Shown here one piece after another: positions 36,691 through 46,497 of a DNA stretch of 59,455 bases. Source of the DNA: a virus (lineage: Duplodnaviria > Caudoviricetes). The DNA is taken from IMG/VR virus record IMGVR_UViG_3300017911_002575, positions 1-59,455 of that record. One strand, 5' to 3'. A program made the translations under genes and the position numbers. Position 1 is the stretch's first letter, and every line of letters begins with the position of its first letter. The notes beneath the pieces are model-generated. The model did no database searches, was not told where the DNA came from, and saw nothing but the letters and a program-made list of their open reading frames with translations.

Positions 36691-36745
36691 AACTCACTTG
36701 TTCAATACTTTATGAGTATTTCAATGACTCGTTTTAATCTTAATA

Positions 36746-36774
36746 GACCTCTCCAGTGATGGAGAGGTTTTTTT
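36746..36774 (+). terminator. rho-independent terminator after nrdB
   Basis: ACCTCTCCA-GTGA-TGGAGAGGT + T-tract. Confidence 0.85.
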
Positions 36775-36789
36775 GGCACGAAAATAGCA
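36773..36789 (+). promoter_or_regulatory. sigma54-type (-24/-12) promoter for hsp20
   Basis: TTGGCACG-AAAA-TAGCA against consensus TGGCACG-N4-TTGCW. Confidence 0.6.
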
Positions 36790-36866
36790 AATATAATAAT
36801 GTGAAAATCAAAAACATAGGGTTTTTGTGACACAGTGTCTCAAACAATTAAAATTAAATATACATT

Positions 36867-37262
36867 ATGTCTTACTTCTATAAAAAACACAATAACACTA
36901 TCGATGATCTTTTGAATGATCTTTTATTTTTTGATTATAATAAAGAGCAAACAGCAAAGTATAACATCATTTCTCATGATGATAAAACAGAGATACAAAT
37001 TGCTGCATTAGGCATTGAGAAAGAGAAGATTAAAATTGACATCAAGGACAATATACTTGATGTAGAATACAAAAATGAAAAACAAGATGAAGGTTTATCG
37101 TATATAACTCAAGAGATTTTTGATAAAAGTTTTAGAAACACTTTTAAGTTAAAATCATCAGTTTCTACAAAAGATATATCTGCATCTATGAGTAACGGAA
37201 TACTTAAAATATTAATACCAAAGAAAAAAGAAAAATCCGCAAGCAGAATAAAAATTAGTTGA
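36867..37262 (+). CDS. small heat shock protein (Hsp20/alpha-crystallin)
   Basis: GIEKEKIKIDIKDNIL, SFRNTFKL, ISASMSNGILKILIPK. Confidence 0.9.
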   Translation: MSYFYKKHNNTIDDLLNDLLFFDYNKEQTAKYNIISHDDKTEIQIAALGIEKEKIKIDIKDNILDVEYKNEKQDEGLSYITQEIFDKSFRNTFKLKSSVSTKDISASMSNGILKILIPKKKEKSASRIKIS

Positions 37263-37279
37263 CATTTTATTGTTCATTC

Positions 37280-37311
37280 AAGCCGCCTCAGAAATGGGGC
37301 GGCTTTTTTGT
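37280..37311. terminator. terminator between convergent units
   Basis: AAGCCGCCTCA-GAAA-TGGGGCGGCTT + T-tract. Confidence 0.85.
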
Positions 37312-37566
37312 TTACGGAGAGGGAGCTGTAAACCAACTACTAGTCGCTGTTTCAACTGTCTGATTATAATCTCCAAGCAATTCAGAATAAGGAACTATAT
37401 ATTTTCCGTCTGTCGCTCTTTGTTGTGGTGCAGACCAAGACTGAGTTGATTGAAGGTATAGATCAAAATGGCCATTTAAATCCTGATACAAAATATGGCT
37501 ATCGCTCAATTGCTGAGTATATTCTACGTCAGAAACCTTAACCAATGAAAATTGTTTATCGCTCAT
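37312..37566 (-). CDS. hypothetical protein
   Basis: ORF track; TAATG coupling. Confidence 0.65.
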   Translation of the reverse strand: MSDKQFSLVKVSDVEYTQQLSDSHILYQDLNGHFDLYLQSTQSWSAPQQRATDGKYIVPYSELLGDYNQTVETATSSWFTAPSP

Positions 37567-37856
37567 TATTCAATAAAATATTCTACTCCATCACTAAACA
37601 CTCCAATAGACTCAAATTTTTTGTCTAAAGTAAAAGAAGTTTCTCCATCTATCATGGTTCCAACAGGCGGAGTTAATACAACTTTTCCGTTGGGGCTAAC
37701 ATTTTTATGAATTGTTGTTCCTTCGTGAGTGTTTGAAATTGGAAGATGAACCGTAATTTGCTCTTCTGAATTATTTATGTGATTAACTAAAGCTTGATAA
37801 CTATCTGAGGTTAATTGGTTTGCTTCAGCTAATGTATCAACAACATAATATTTCAT
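37566..37856 (-). CDS. virion accessory protein, paralogous to the C-terminus of 41456-41899
   Basis: IDGETSFTL...ESI..FSDG..YFI shared. Confidence 0.65.
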   Translation of the reverse strand: MKYYVVDTLAEANQLTSDSYQALVNHINNSEEQITVHLPISNTHEGTTIHKNVSPNGKVVLTPPVGTMIDGETSFTLDKKFESIGVFSDGVEYFIE

Positions 37857-37857
37857 G

Positions 37858-40800
37858 TTATAGTAATCCAGGTATTAGATTAGTGTTCTTTTTGATTGAG
37901 TTCAAGTCGTCTGGTCCTGCAACTCCATATTCATTCATGGCGGCTGTAACTTGAGGCTGAATATACTGCAAGAACTCACCGGTATCATGGCTCAATGTGC
38001 CTGCTCCAGCTGGACCTTTAATTATAACAGTTTTATTGTCGTCTCGATACAATCTGGCTCCACTGATAATCATGTCGCTGGTACTTATATTTTGTATTTT
38101 TAAGTTGACTACGCTGGTGTTGATTCTGTAGTTGCTTCCATTTTCTGCCGTGATCGCTCCAAAGAATTTGTCAATACCTTCACTTGTGGTGATTAGGTAA
38201 GCGTATTTTGCATAAATTTGCTGTGTGGTTACAACTCCAGGGTCATCTGTATCTGAAACGTCAAGTTGAAAATTCGTGAAATCTGCATCAATTTCTAATG
38301 TGGAATTGTCGTAAGAATCTGCACTACCATCAATTGCATTATTATTGTAAATTGTATCGTCAACTTGGTTTGCCTTGAAACTGATTCCTGCCGTAGTTGC
38401 AACTCCAAATGATTCATATGGCAACAAAGCGGTTACTCCTGATTGACAGGTGATTCTCAGTCTAACTTCATCATCTGGATCTGCCAATGAATTTGAATAG
38501 GTTCCTGAATAGGTAACTTTTGTATCTGCAGTTCCTGAGACTACTGCATTTGAAATTTCATTGTCATCTGTGACATTGTAGAGTTGTACGGTACTACCTG
38601 CCTCTACGTTGGTAATTGTAAATGGTAATACGCTAATGTCTCCATAGCTTCCAACTATTTGTGCGTCTTTTAACAAACGGATTGTTCCGCCTGTAGTGGT
38701 TATATTTCCCACAAAAGTACTAGCTTTGATGGTTATTTTAGATCCATTAAAAGCAAATACCTGAGTTGCATCTGGGTTAACGTCTAAATCATAAGATCCT
38801 ATATTCACAGTTGAACCCTCTCGGCTAACAATAGTTGATGTTTCCCCTGCGTAATAATCCACTAAGTATGCTTTCGCTCTGTTGTAAAATTTCTCTGGGG
38901 TATCTATTTCTTGGTAACCATCCGTTATTTCTCTAGTGTCAGTAATAAGTTGGTCATCAAACAGAGTCCAATTAACTACGAGTTCGCCTAATCCTTTAAG
39001 GGCCTGAGCGGAGGAAGATAATGAATGTCCGTATGAACAAAACCGAAAAGTAAATTCGTCAGCATCGGTGTTATCATTACCTCTTCTGTCTACCTTGTAA
39101 AATCCACCAAATAAATCTGTATCCCAATGGTAATACTGCGCTTGCGCAGTCCAGCCTTGTGCTGTGTTTCCTGCCCCATCATCACTCCACCGACCATTAG
39201 ACATGCCAGGGATTGTGTATCCAAACTCTCCGTGGTATCTGTTTTCTGTTACTCCTTCAGGGAGAGTGGTATTGGGAAATATTGCATTTGAATCAGTAAC
39301 ACTATACTCAATCATTTGCACTCCTGTGGTAACACGGAATTTTTCCACATGACCATTTGTATCCGAAGTTTGAAGATAAGTAATTGGATTTGTATAGTCG
39401 TAAGTAACTGTGCCATCAGCATTCAAAACACCCAAGGTATTTCCTTTTTGTTTGGCGGTGTATGTTGTTGCAGTGTAATCATAACCATTCTGGGTAGGTA
39501 CTGGGTAAGTTGCCTTTTTGGCATAATCTGATGGATTGTCTTGTGTGTATACCTTGACTCCACCAATAGCTTGGTCGCTTGTGTTTTTGAAATTAAAAGA
39601 TACTTCCTTTGCCACAAAAACATTACCCATTTGACTTGGCTGATTTGTAGTGTCTCGCCACAATCCTTTAACGCTTGAGCCACTTGCTGAATTTATTGCC
39701 ACCCAATCCCTGTGGTAATAGTTTGAGCTTTTAGCGTGTCCAATATCAGTGCCATTTACATTACCTGTTACATCAAAGTCAAAAAGTTCAATTTCCTTGA
39801 AGTCCTCAGCATACACCTCCATTAGGTGGGCATCCTCAAGAACTAAACCCCTTTCCCATATTTGGTAGTGGTCAATGCCCTGAAAGTTATAGTTGATAAG
39901 CTTCACATTTCTCAATCTTCCACCACCTGCCATTCCACGGGACTCCATATTGCTAATGGAAAATATAGTGGTATCAATCCAATCATAACCCAATTGAACA
40001 ATATCAAGCGGTCTGGAAATGCAAATTGTTCCTCCACGGCACACCATAAGTCCACCAGACCCATCAGTACCGATAGACCCTCCATTATTATGGAAGTTGT
40101 TCTGATTAAGACCATTAATAAACAATCCGCAACCCCTAGATGTGCGAGTTCTTCCTGTAGACTCAGTAATTAGTTTGCCATAATGATAAGCAGGTTTTCT
40201 AAGAACCCCCCCACCAAATGGCACTCCCTCGGAGTATTCAGTCATTCCTAATGTAACTGTATCAGATGTAACCTCTACCACAGGTAACACCTTATCCCTA
40301 TACCACCCATGATTTTGGTTTGATACAGGAGGATTCTCTCCATTAACAGTAATTTGGTCTACTCCATTCACGACCCTCGCCATGTTCCTAATTTTCAGAG
40401 CATCACCAACCTCATATCCATGGTCAGAAAAGTCTGTTAAAACAATGCGGTTTTGTGAGTCTCTTGCAAAACCAAACCCACTTCCTTGGTTTTGCCACCG
40501 GAAATTACCATCGGTATTTCCGTCGGCTATATTCAATGCAAGTACCTCACCAGGACCTGCATAATCATGTCGCAAAATAAGTATTTCTTGTTCAGGGTCA
40601 TGAAATAAAGTACCCCTAACATTCATGCGTATATCGCTAGGCACATCGTAGGTGTATAAGCCTTGCAGGCTACCTTGTTTCTGTACGATATATTTAATTC
40701 CTGTATCTAACCAATCTGAATTTACGGATGGGTTATTCCCTCCACTTGCTACCTGAACTTTTGCTTGGTAAACTTTCTCATCATAATTAACAAGTGTCCC

Positions 40801-40911
40801 TTGTAGGTATGTAGTTCCACTTCCCCATGCAAGTCCAGCAATTCCTGACAAGTCAGTATCCCTTCCTGTCTGTGTTAATATTTTGGTAGAATCGTCGTAA
40901 GCAAAGCTCAT
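37858..40911 (-). CDS. large putative virion/tail-associated protein with N-terminal carbohydrate-binding-like module
   Basis: 1017 aa, G/T/S/N-rich; AWGSGTTYLQGTLVNYDEKVYQAK resembles CBM5/12-like modules. Confidence 0.6.
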   Translation of the reverse strand: MSFAYDDSTKILTQTGRDTDLSGIAGLAWGSGTTYLQGTLVNYDEKVYQAKVQVASGGNNPSVNSDWLDTGIKYIVQKQGSLQGLYTYDVPSDIRMNVRGTLFHDPEQEILILRHDYAGPGEVLALNIADGNTDGNFRWQNQGSGFGFARDSQNRIVLTDFSDHGYEVGDALKIRNMARVVNGVDQITVNGENPPVSNQNHGWYRDKVLPVVEVTSDTVTLGMTEYSEGVPFGGGVLRKPAYHYGKLITESTGRTRTSRGCGLFINGLNQNNFHNNGGSIGTDGSGGLMVCRGGTICISRPLDIVQLGYDWIDTTIFSISNMESRGMAGGGRLRNVKLINYNFQGIDHYQIWERGLVLEDAHLMEVYAEDFKEIELFDFDVTGNVNGTDIGHAKSSNYYHRDWVAINSASGSSVKGLWRDTTNQPSQMGNVFVAKEVSFNFKNTSDQAIGGVKVYTQDNPSDYAKKATYPVPTQNGYDYTATTYTAKQKGNTLGVLNADGTVTYDYTNPITYLQTSDTNGHVEKFRVTTGVQMIEYSVTDSNAIFPNTTLPEGVTENRYHGEFGYTIPGMSNGRWSDDGAGNTAQGWTAQAQYYHWDTDLFGGFYKVDRRGNDNTDADEFTFRFCSYGHSLSSSAQALKGLGELVVNWTLFDDQLITDTREITDGYQEIDTPEKFYNRAKAYLVDYYAGETSTIVSREGSTVNIGSYDLDVNPDATQVFAFNGSKITIKASTFVGNITTTGGTIRLLKDAQIVGSYGDISVLPFTITNVEAGSTVQLYNVTDDNEISNAVVSGTADTKVTYSGTYSNSLADPDDEVRLRITCQSGVTALLPYESFGVATTAGISFKANQVDDTIYNNNAIDGSADSYDNSTLEIDADFTNFQLDVSDTDDPGVVTTQQIYAKYAYLITTSEGIDKFFGAITAENGSNYRINTSVVNLKIQNISTSDMIISGARLYRDDNKTVIIKGPAGAGTLSHDTGEFLQYIQPQVTAAMNEYGVAGPDDLNSIKKNTNLIPGLL

Positions 40912-41007
40912 GCGTAATCCTTCGTAATTGATGAGGCATTACCATCTCCATGGTATGCTATTGTTTTAAAAATTAAATTCATAATAAACTTATATTATAT
41001 ACACTCA

Positions 41008-41424
41008 TTATGCATATGTTCTGGTAATTGTTTCTAAATTGCCATCTAAATCATATGTAAATGCTTTTGTTAAAGTGGAACTGTTTACATTATCGGTAAC
41101 AACTATTTGTGTTAAATTACCACTTGTTTCATCGTAAGTCAATGCTTTTGTAAAAAGTTTGGTTGTTTTTCCGCTATTTTCCCAGATGTCTATACTAGAT
41201 ACATTGTCGCTAGTATATGTTATTTCATGGTAATACGAAGAATAAGCTGCCTTGAAATCTAAATCTATAATATCTGTTCCGCCACTACTTGTTGCTAAAC
41301 TAGAGATGTCGCTATCAAAAACAAAATCTATAGCTTGCAAGCTTGAAATATCACTATCTATAGACTGTATTTTTTCTTCACTGTTTTGTGAAGCATTAAA
41401 AGGTGTTTTGATGGTATAACTCAT
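41008..41424 (-). CDS. virion accessory protein with DSDISSL and YD-like motifs
   Basis: DSDISSL twice; TYDETSGNL, TYDLDGNL. Confidence 0.65.
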   Translation of the reverse strand: MSYTIKTPFNASQNSEEKIQSIDSDISSLQAIDFVFDSDISSLATSSGGTDIIDLDFKAAYSSYYHEITYTSDNVSSIDIWENSGKTTKLFTKALTYDETSGNLTQIVVTDNVNSSTLTKAFTYDLDGNLETITRTYA

Positions 41425-41455
41425 AGCACTGTATTATCTATACACTTATACTTGT

Positions 41456-41899
41456 CTATTGTATGAAATAATTTGAGCCATCACTATACAATGTGATTGA
41501 CTCATATTGATCTGTTAGAGTAAACGAATTTTCTCCATCAATGGTATAAGTAGAGGGGGCGTTAAGAGTAACGTCTGCTGTGTTGCCAATTTTTTTGTGT
41601 TGAGTTACACTATCAACTGATACTGGATTTAATAGCGTGACATCAATTGCTTGTCCTGCAGTAGTATCATCATACATGAAGTGAGAAATTCCTGTCTCTT
41701 GAGTATAGGTTGCAGTGGTTACAGATTTTACAGAAACGGTTGACGAGCTACCCCCTCCACCGCCACTACTACCGTTTACCGTAGCAACTTCTTCATTTCC
41801 AATGTACAATTTACCTTCTACTTCTCGCAACAATATTTCTTTCTCACTATCGTTACTTGTAGTGAGTTTAATTGAATTGAAATTTTGGGTTCTTGCCAT
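41456..41899 (-). CDS. virion accessory protein
   Basis: Gly/Ser linker followed by a domain paralogous to 37566-37856. Confidence 0.65.
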   Translation of the reverse strand: MARTQNFNSIKLTTSNDSEKEILLREVEGKLYIGNEEVATVNGSSGGGGGSSSTVSVKSVTTATYTQETGISHFMYDDTTAGQAIDVTLLNPVSVDSVTQHKKIGNTADVTLNAPSTYTIDGENSFTLTDQYESITLYSDGSNYFIQ

Positions 41900-41902
41900 T
41901 AA

Positions 41903-43321
41903 TTATTTTGATTCTGGCTTTTCGTGGGTATAACCTTTATCTTTTAATTCAAGATGCTGTTTGTAAGTCTCTGCTTTTACGCTTTTTCCTGTTTTAGGGT
42001 CATACATCATATGAGGTTTGAACTCTTTTTCTTCGTCTGCAGACTGAGCTTTTTTCCATGCTTCTTTGCTTGGGCGATCTTTGCTGCCCGGTTTTGCAGG
42101 TTTGTAGTTTTTGCCCATGCGCTTTTTCTTTTTGCGAATATTTTCCCAAAGACCAGAGTCAGATTCTTCTGATGTTTTTCCTTGCTTTTTGAGAATTGCA
42201 TCTTGAAGGGGTTTGGGTAATTTCTTTTGTTGATCAGTTAATCCAGCTTCTCCCTGTTCATAAAGAGAGCTTTTCATTTTTTTATATTGCATTGAGCATG
42301 CTGCATAGGTTTTGTCTTTATCCATACCCGCTGTATTAACTAAATCTTCATCATAATTAGCACAATGATCCATGAAAGGTTTTTCCATATAATTGTCTTT
42401 TGATGCTTCAGAAGAATCTTCAAGATTTTCTTCTTCGTTGGATGCAGAACTCTCTTCTTCTCCTTTAGTTACTTTTGTAACACTTTTTTTGCTCCACATT
42501 TTACAACTCCAATAACGAGCTTTTGTTTTGGGCCCTGGGTTTTCGCAGTTATGACGAGCTCTAAAGTTTTTGCGGCGACCTGGGTCGTCTCTCTTAATTT
42601 CCATATTTGGATCGCCAAAGTTTACTTTGACCACATTACCCTTTTCATTCTTAACGTAAACAGAGAATTTTTTTGGCCCGCCTGGAGTGCGAAATGGCTT
42701 GTTTAATTTCTTACCTTTATTGGCTTCAGCGGCCCAGCTTTCTTCATCAATATATTCTTCGAACCCAAGTTCATCGACATCAATAAAAATTGTACTCCAC
42801 ATCTCATCTGTAAATTGGGGATCTTCTTGTAGTTGGTAATTGTAGATATCTAATTTTGCGGCAATAAAATCTTCTTCTGTGAATAAGTTTTTCTCGTCGC
42901 GAATTCCATCATCGATGAGTACATTAGCAGAGGCTTTAGCGACATCTTGGTCTGCTTTGCGGTAACTATCTTTTACTTTTCCTCCTCTAACCATTTTAAG
43001 GAACATGTTCACTCTGGCCATAGCCCATTGACCTCTGCTTTTTCCTGGTCGGTGACTAGAAGAAAATGCGCCAGCTCCTCTTCTGTATATTTTTTTCAAT
43101 TGAGATAACGTTACTTTTTTACTGTATTTTTCATTATGCTCTTTAACTTTACTTTTGAGCGATTCGAGTACTCGATCGGAAAATGTAATTTTACCCCCCT
43201 TTTCACCTGCGCTGCCAGGTTTATTTTTATCGGAACCCTTTTTTTGTTCTGATTTTTTAGCGGGAGTCTGAGCTGAACTCTTTGGTCCAGAGCGTTTTGA
43301 AGAATTAGATTCGTTTTCCAT
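41903..43321 (-). CDS. multi-domain basic phage protein of unknown function
   Basis: Recurrent phage motifs YRRGAGAF..SHRPG..QWAMARVN, KVNFGDPNM...FRARHNC...RYWSC, GLWENIRKK; GTGTA-N10-ATG. Confidence 0.75.
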   Translation of the reverse strand: MENESNSSKRSGPKSSAQTPAKKSEQKKGSDKNKPGSAGEKGGKITFSDRVLESLKSKVKEHNEKYSKKVTLSQLKKIYRRGAGAFSSSHRPGKSRGQWAMARVNMFLKMVRGGKVKDSYRKADQDVAKASANVLIDDGIRDEKNLFTEEDFIAAKLDIYNYQLQEDPQFTDEMWSTIFIDVDELGFEEYIDEESWAAEANKGKKLNKPFRTPGGPKKFSVYVKNEKGNVVKVNFGDPNMEIKRDDPGRRKNFRARHNCENPGPKTKARYWSCKMWSKKSVTKVTKGEEESSASNEEENLEDSSEASKDNYMEKPFMDHCANYDEDLVNTAGMDKDKTYAACSMQYKKMKSSLYEQGEAGLTDQQKKLPKPLQDAILKKQGKTSEESDSGLWENIRKKKKRMGKNYKPAKPGSKDRPSKEAWKKAQSADEEKEFKPHMMYDPKTGKSVKAETYKQHLELKDKGYTHEKPESK

Positions 43322-43330
43322 AGCTACTTA

Positions 43331-44383
43331 TTACACGAAATTTTGATATTTGATACGAGATAGTATCATATAGTCATTTTGATACATTTTTTCTACTAGT
43401 TTTTGAAAGTTAGTTTTTCTTTTCCACCCTATCTCTTTTTCTGCCAAAGAACAATCGCCGCATAATTCATGAACTTCTGCAGGGCGATAAAACTTTGGGT
43501 CTACTTCGAATATTAGTTTTCTGTCTAGAGTATAATATTTCTCGTTATCTTCTGATCCAGTTTTTTCAAAATCTATACGAGCGCATTTTAATGCTTCATC
43601 TAAAAATTCACGAACAGTGTGCATTTCTCCACTTCCAAGAACATAGTTTTTTGGTTTATCTTGATTAAGCATCAGCCAAACTCCTTCCATAAAATCTTCC
43701 GCATCGCTCCAATCTCTTTTCGCTTCAAGATTTCCAAGTTTTAAAATTGGTGGCTCAGTATTACTTTCTAGTGCTAATTTAATTTTGGCAACAGTATTGC
43801 TGATTTTTCTAGTCACAAAATCAAGTCCTCTTCTACTGCCTTCGTGATTAAAGAGCCAGCCTTGTGTTGCATACAAGTCATAAGATTCTCTATAAACTCT
43901 TACAATATGTCTTGCTGCACATTTTGCTGCTCCATAAGGAGATTGAGGGTTAAGAGGATGCTTTTCATCTTGAGGGCTATATTCTACGTCGCCAAATTCT
44001 TCAGACGATCCTGCATTATAAAATCTGCAGTGAGGGGCAAAACGCCTAATTGATTCAAGGATGTGAAGAACAGCGTTAGAGTCTGTCTCCCAGGTTTGAA
44101 TTGGATATTCCCAACTTCCAGCAACGAACGACTGCGCTGCGAAATTAATAAAGTAGTCGGGTTGCAAATCGATGATCACATCTCTCATGCTATGTGCATC
44201 ATTCAAGTCCATATTAATCAACTCAAATCGCGGCTCATTTTCTAGATGTAAGATGTTTTCATGATTTTTTACGCTCAACCTTCTTGCTGTACCATATATG
44301 TGATAGTTAGTATTCTTTAATAGATAGTCAACCATGTGACTTCCGTCTTGACCTGTAACTCCTGTGACTATAATTTTTTTCAT
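43331..44383 (-). CDS. gmd: GDP-mannose 4,6-dehydratase
   Basis: TGVTGQDGS, AAQSFV, SSEEFG, SPYGAAK, FNHEG.RRG.DFVTRKI, GNL.AKRDW, YRPAEV. Confidence 0.93.
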   Translation of the reverse strand: MKKIIVTGVTGQDGSHMVDYLLKNTNYHIYGTARRLSVKNHENILHLENEPRFELINMDLNDAHSMRDVIIDLQPDYFINFAAQSFVAGSWEYPIQTWETDSNAVLHILESIRRFAPHCRFYNAGSSEEFGDVEYSPQDEKHPLNPQSPYGAAKCAARHIVRVYRESYDLYATQGWLFNHEGSRRGLDFVTRKISNTVAKIKLALESNTEPPILKLGNLEAKRDWSDAEDFMEGVWLMLNQDKPKNYVLGSGEMHTVREFLDEALKCARIDFEKTGSEDNEKYYTLDRKLIFEVDPKFYRPAEVHELCGDCSLAEKEIGWKRKTNFQKLVEKMYQNDYMILSRIKYQNFV

Positions 44384-45033
44384 TTAGTTTTTAATTTATG
44401 TATTAATCTTAAGTTATTACAATCTGTTTTTCTAGTAGGATCATTAGATTTTACTCTAAAATGAAAATTTGAATTTATTGCTTCATATAAATTTGAGAGA
44501 TCAAATCTTGGAAGGGGGGTTGGTTTAATATGATCTTGATTTAAAAGTTTTGCGAAAGCAACGTCATCCAGTAGAGAATTGTCAAGCTTTTCTTTTTTAT
44601 CGAGAATGATTCTAATTACATCTTTGCTCATTAGCATACCCGCTCCGCTTGCAAATGTAATCCCCTGATGATGACCTATAAAGCCTTTGTAGCAATTCGT
44701 TGGTTCTATTTTGCTAACCAGTAAATAAAACAAATTTAAATCTATATACGATGATAAATTAGTTCGAAACATGAAATCAAAATCTAGATTATTTAATGCA
44801 AACTCAAACATTTTAATTGTTTTTTCTGTTATATTATTTTCTTTTTTTTCATTTAGTCCATCTTTGCATTTTAGATATAGTTCTTTGTTCTCTAACTTTT
44901 CTTCATTGCCTCCATAGTAAAAGATATAATCTATAAGAGGGTTGTTTATATTTAGCCAAGTTTCTTGACAAGCTTTCTCTAATTCAAGAAAAGGAGCTTG
45001 CTTAATAGAAGGAATAGATACAAGTAATTTCAT
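44380..45033 (-). CDS. GT31-like glycosyltransferase
   Basis: TW, EKT, RTNLSSY, FASGAG, DDV. Confidence 0.7.
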   Translation of the reverse strand: MKLLVSIPSIKQAPFLELEKACQETWLNINNPLIDYIFYYGGNEEKLENKELYLKCKDGLNEKKENNITEKTIKMFEFALNNLDFDFMFRTNLSSYIDLNLFYLLVSKIEPTNCYKGFIGHHQGITFASGAGMLMSKDVIRIILDKKEKLDNSLLDDVAFAKLLNQDHIKPTPLPRFDLSNLYEAINSNFHFRVKSNDPTRKTDCNNLRLIHKLKTK

Positions 45034-45827
45034 TTCTTGATTTCATTAAGCCAATAATTTAAATCTAGAGAATTAGATTGCATTGATCTATAACTATTTA
45101 AATTCATTAATAAAAAATCTTTTGTTATAAAGTTAAAGCTCTTCACGATCATTATTGGGTGACTAAGATAAAAGGAGCTATTTATTGATTGTTCAACAAT
45201 AGGTATTGCGCCCATTGAAATAGCTTCCCAAGTTCTATGACAATCTATTCCATTTCCACTTGGAGATAAAACATAGTGACTAGATTTAACATCTATAAGA
45301 TATTGTTTGAATGTTTTTCGCCCTGAAACATAAGCAAAGTCTTGACTTGAAAATTGATCGTAAAGTTGAGACCTGTTTGCATGGTTTGTCGAACTATCAA
45401 AATTACAATAAAGTAAATTTGTTTTTTTAGTTTGTAACGATTCAATTTCTTTAAAAATAGATACGTCTCCGTGATCCCATCTTGCATTAGCAATTCCGAT
45501 TGGAATAGAAGTTAATTTCGGATGATATATATCAACATTTTGAGCGTACCATTTTGTTAAATTAGGATGATTAAGTAAAGGTATATGATCTTCATTTATT
45601 GGTAGGTCGCTATTATGAGTAATCAGCTTAAATTTAAAATTAATATCTTTTGCAGTGTGTATAAAAAAATTATAAATAAGATCTGTTTTAACAAATATAA
45701 TTTGATTATCTTTTGTTATTTTACTTGCAGAATCTTGATGGAACTCGTCGTATATTACATCGCAATATTTTCTTAGCCCCATCCCGGTTATATAGGGCTC
45801 GGAGCTTTTAATTAAATCTGTCACCAA
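45030..45827 (-). CDS. exostosin/GT47-like glycosyltransferase
   Basis: LITHNSD, IPIG, VLSPSGNGIDCHRTWEA..GAIPIV. Confidence 0.7.
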   Translation of the reverse strand: MVTDLIKSSEPYITGMGLRKYCDVIYDEFHQDSASKITKDNQIIFVKTDLIYNFFIHTAKDINFKFKLITHNSDLPINEDHIPLLNHPNLTKWYAQNVDIYHPKLTSIPIGIANARWDHGDVSIFKEIESLQTKKTNLLYCNFDSSTNHANRSQLYDQFSSQDFAYVSGRKTFKQYLIDVKSSHYVLSPSGNGIDCHRTWEAISMGAIPIVEQSINSSFYLSHPIMIVKSFNFITKDFLLMNLNSYRSMQSNSLDLNYWLNEIKK

Positions 45828-46497
45828 GATGTTTTAAAATTAAATTAGAGGCAGATTTTTCATTAAACGGCCTTGGCATATGTGCATCGATTTTTATACC
45901 TTCAACTTGTGAGGTTTGCTTCCATGCTATTCTATCTATCCTGCCTTTTGCTATACCTTGATATATAAATCCTCTATTTATACTTGTTGGTCGTAATGGC
46001 TTTAGTCTTTCTGTAATTATATCTTGATCTACGTACCACCACTCATCAAATGTATTAGATTTAGATTGTTTATATTTTTCCAATAATTCTTTGATGGAGT
46101 TTTCATATATCACTTCATTCCATTTATTTTGCGGGGCACAAATATAGCATATTGGATAATGTTTATAATTAGTTAAATCTTCTCCATATACTGTCCAAGA
46201 GTTTTGATCGGGCTTCCAATAATCAGAAAGAGGGAGCATATCTACATCAGAAGTCATTATAAAACCTTCTGTATATTTTGCACCAAATAATCTAGACACT
46301 TGTAATACAGTAGCGTCTCTAAAACCCTCAATCGCATCGAGCTTAATGATTCGATTCTCTTTTGAGGATTGTAAATCTTGATCACCGATGTAAAATGTCA
46401 GTGTGTTCCAACCCAAAAGATTCCATGCTACTTGAACATATGGCAAGTAACCTAAATAATCTTTATTATCATCCGTGGATAATATTACTGTTTTCAT
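45808..46497 (-). CDS. putative glycosyltransferase (GT-A, DxD)
   Basis: QVSRL, SDVDMLP, YPICY, DQ, IDAH; cluster context. Confidence 0.55.
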   Translation of the reverse strand: MKTVILSTDDNKDYLGYLPYVQVAWNLLGWNTLTFYIGDQDLQSSKENRIIKLDAIEGFRDATVLQVSRLFGAKYTEGFIMTSDVDMLPLSDYWKPDQNSWTVYGEDLTNYKHYPICYICAPQNKWNEVIYENSIKELLEKYKQSKSNTFDEWWYVDQDIITERLKPLRPTSINRGFIYQGIAKGRIDRIAWKQTSQVEGIKIDAHMPRPFNEKSASNLILKHLGDRFN

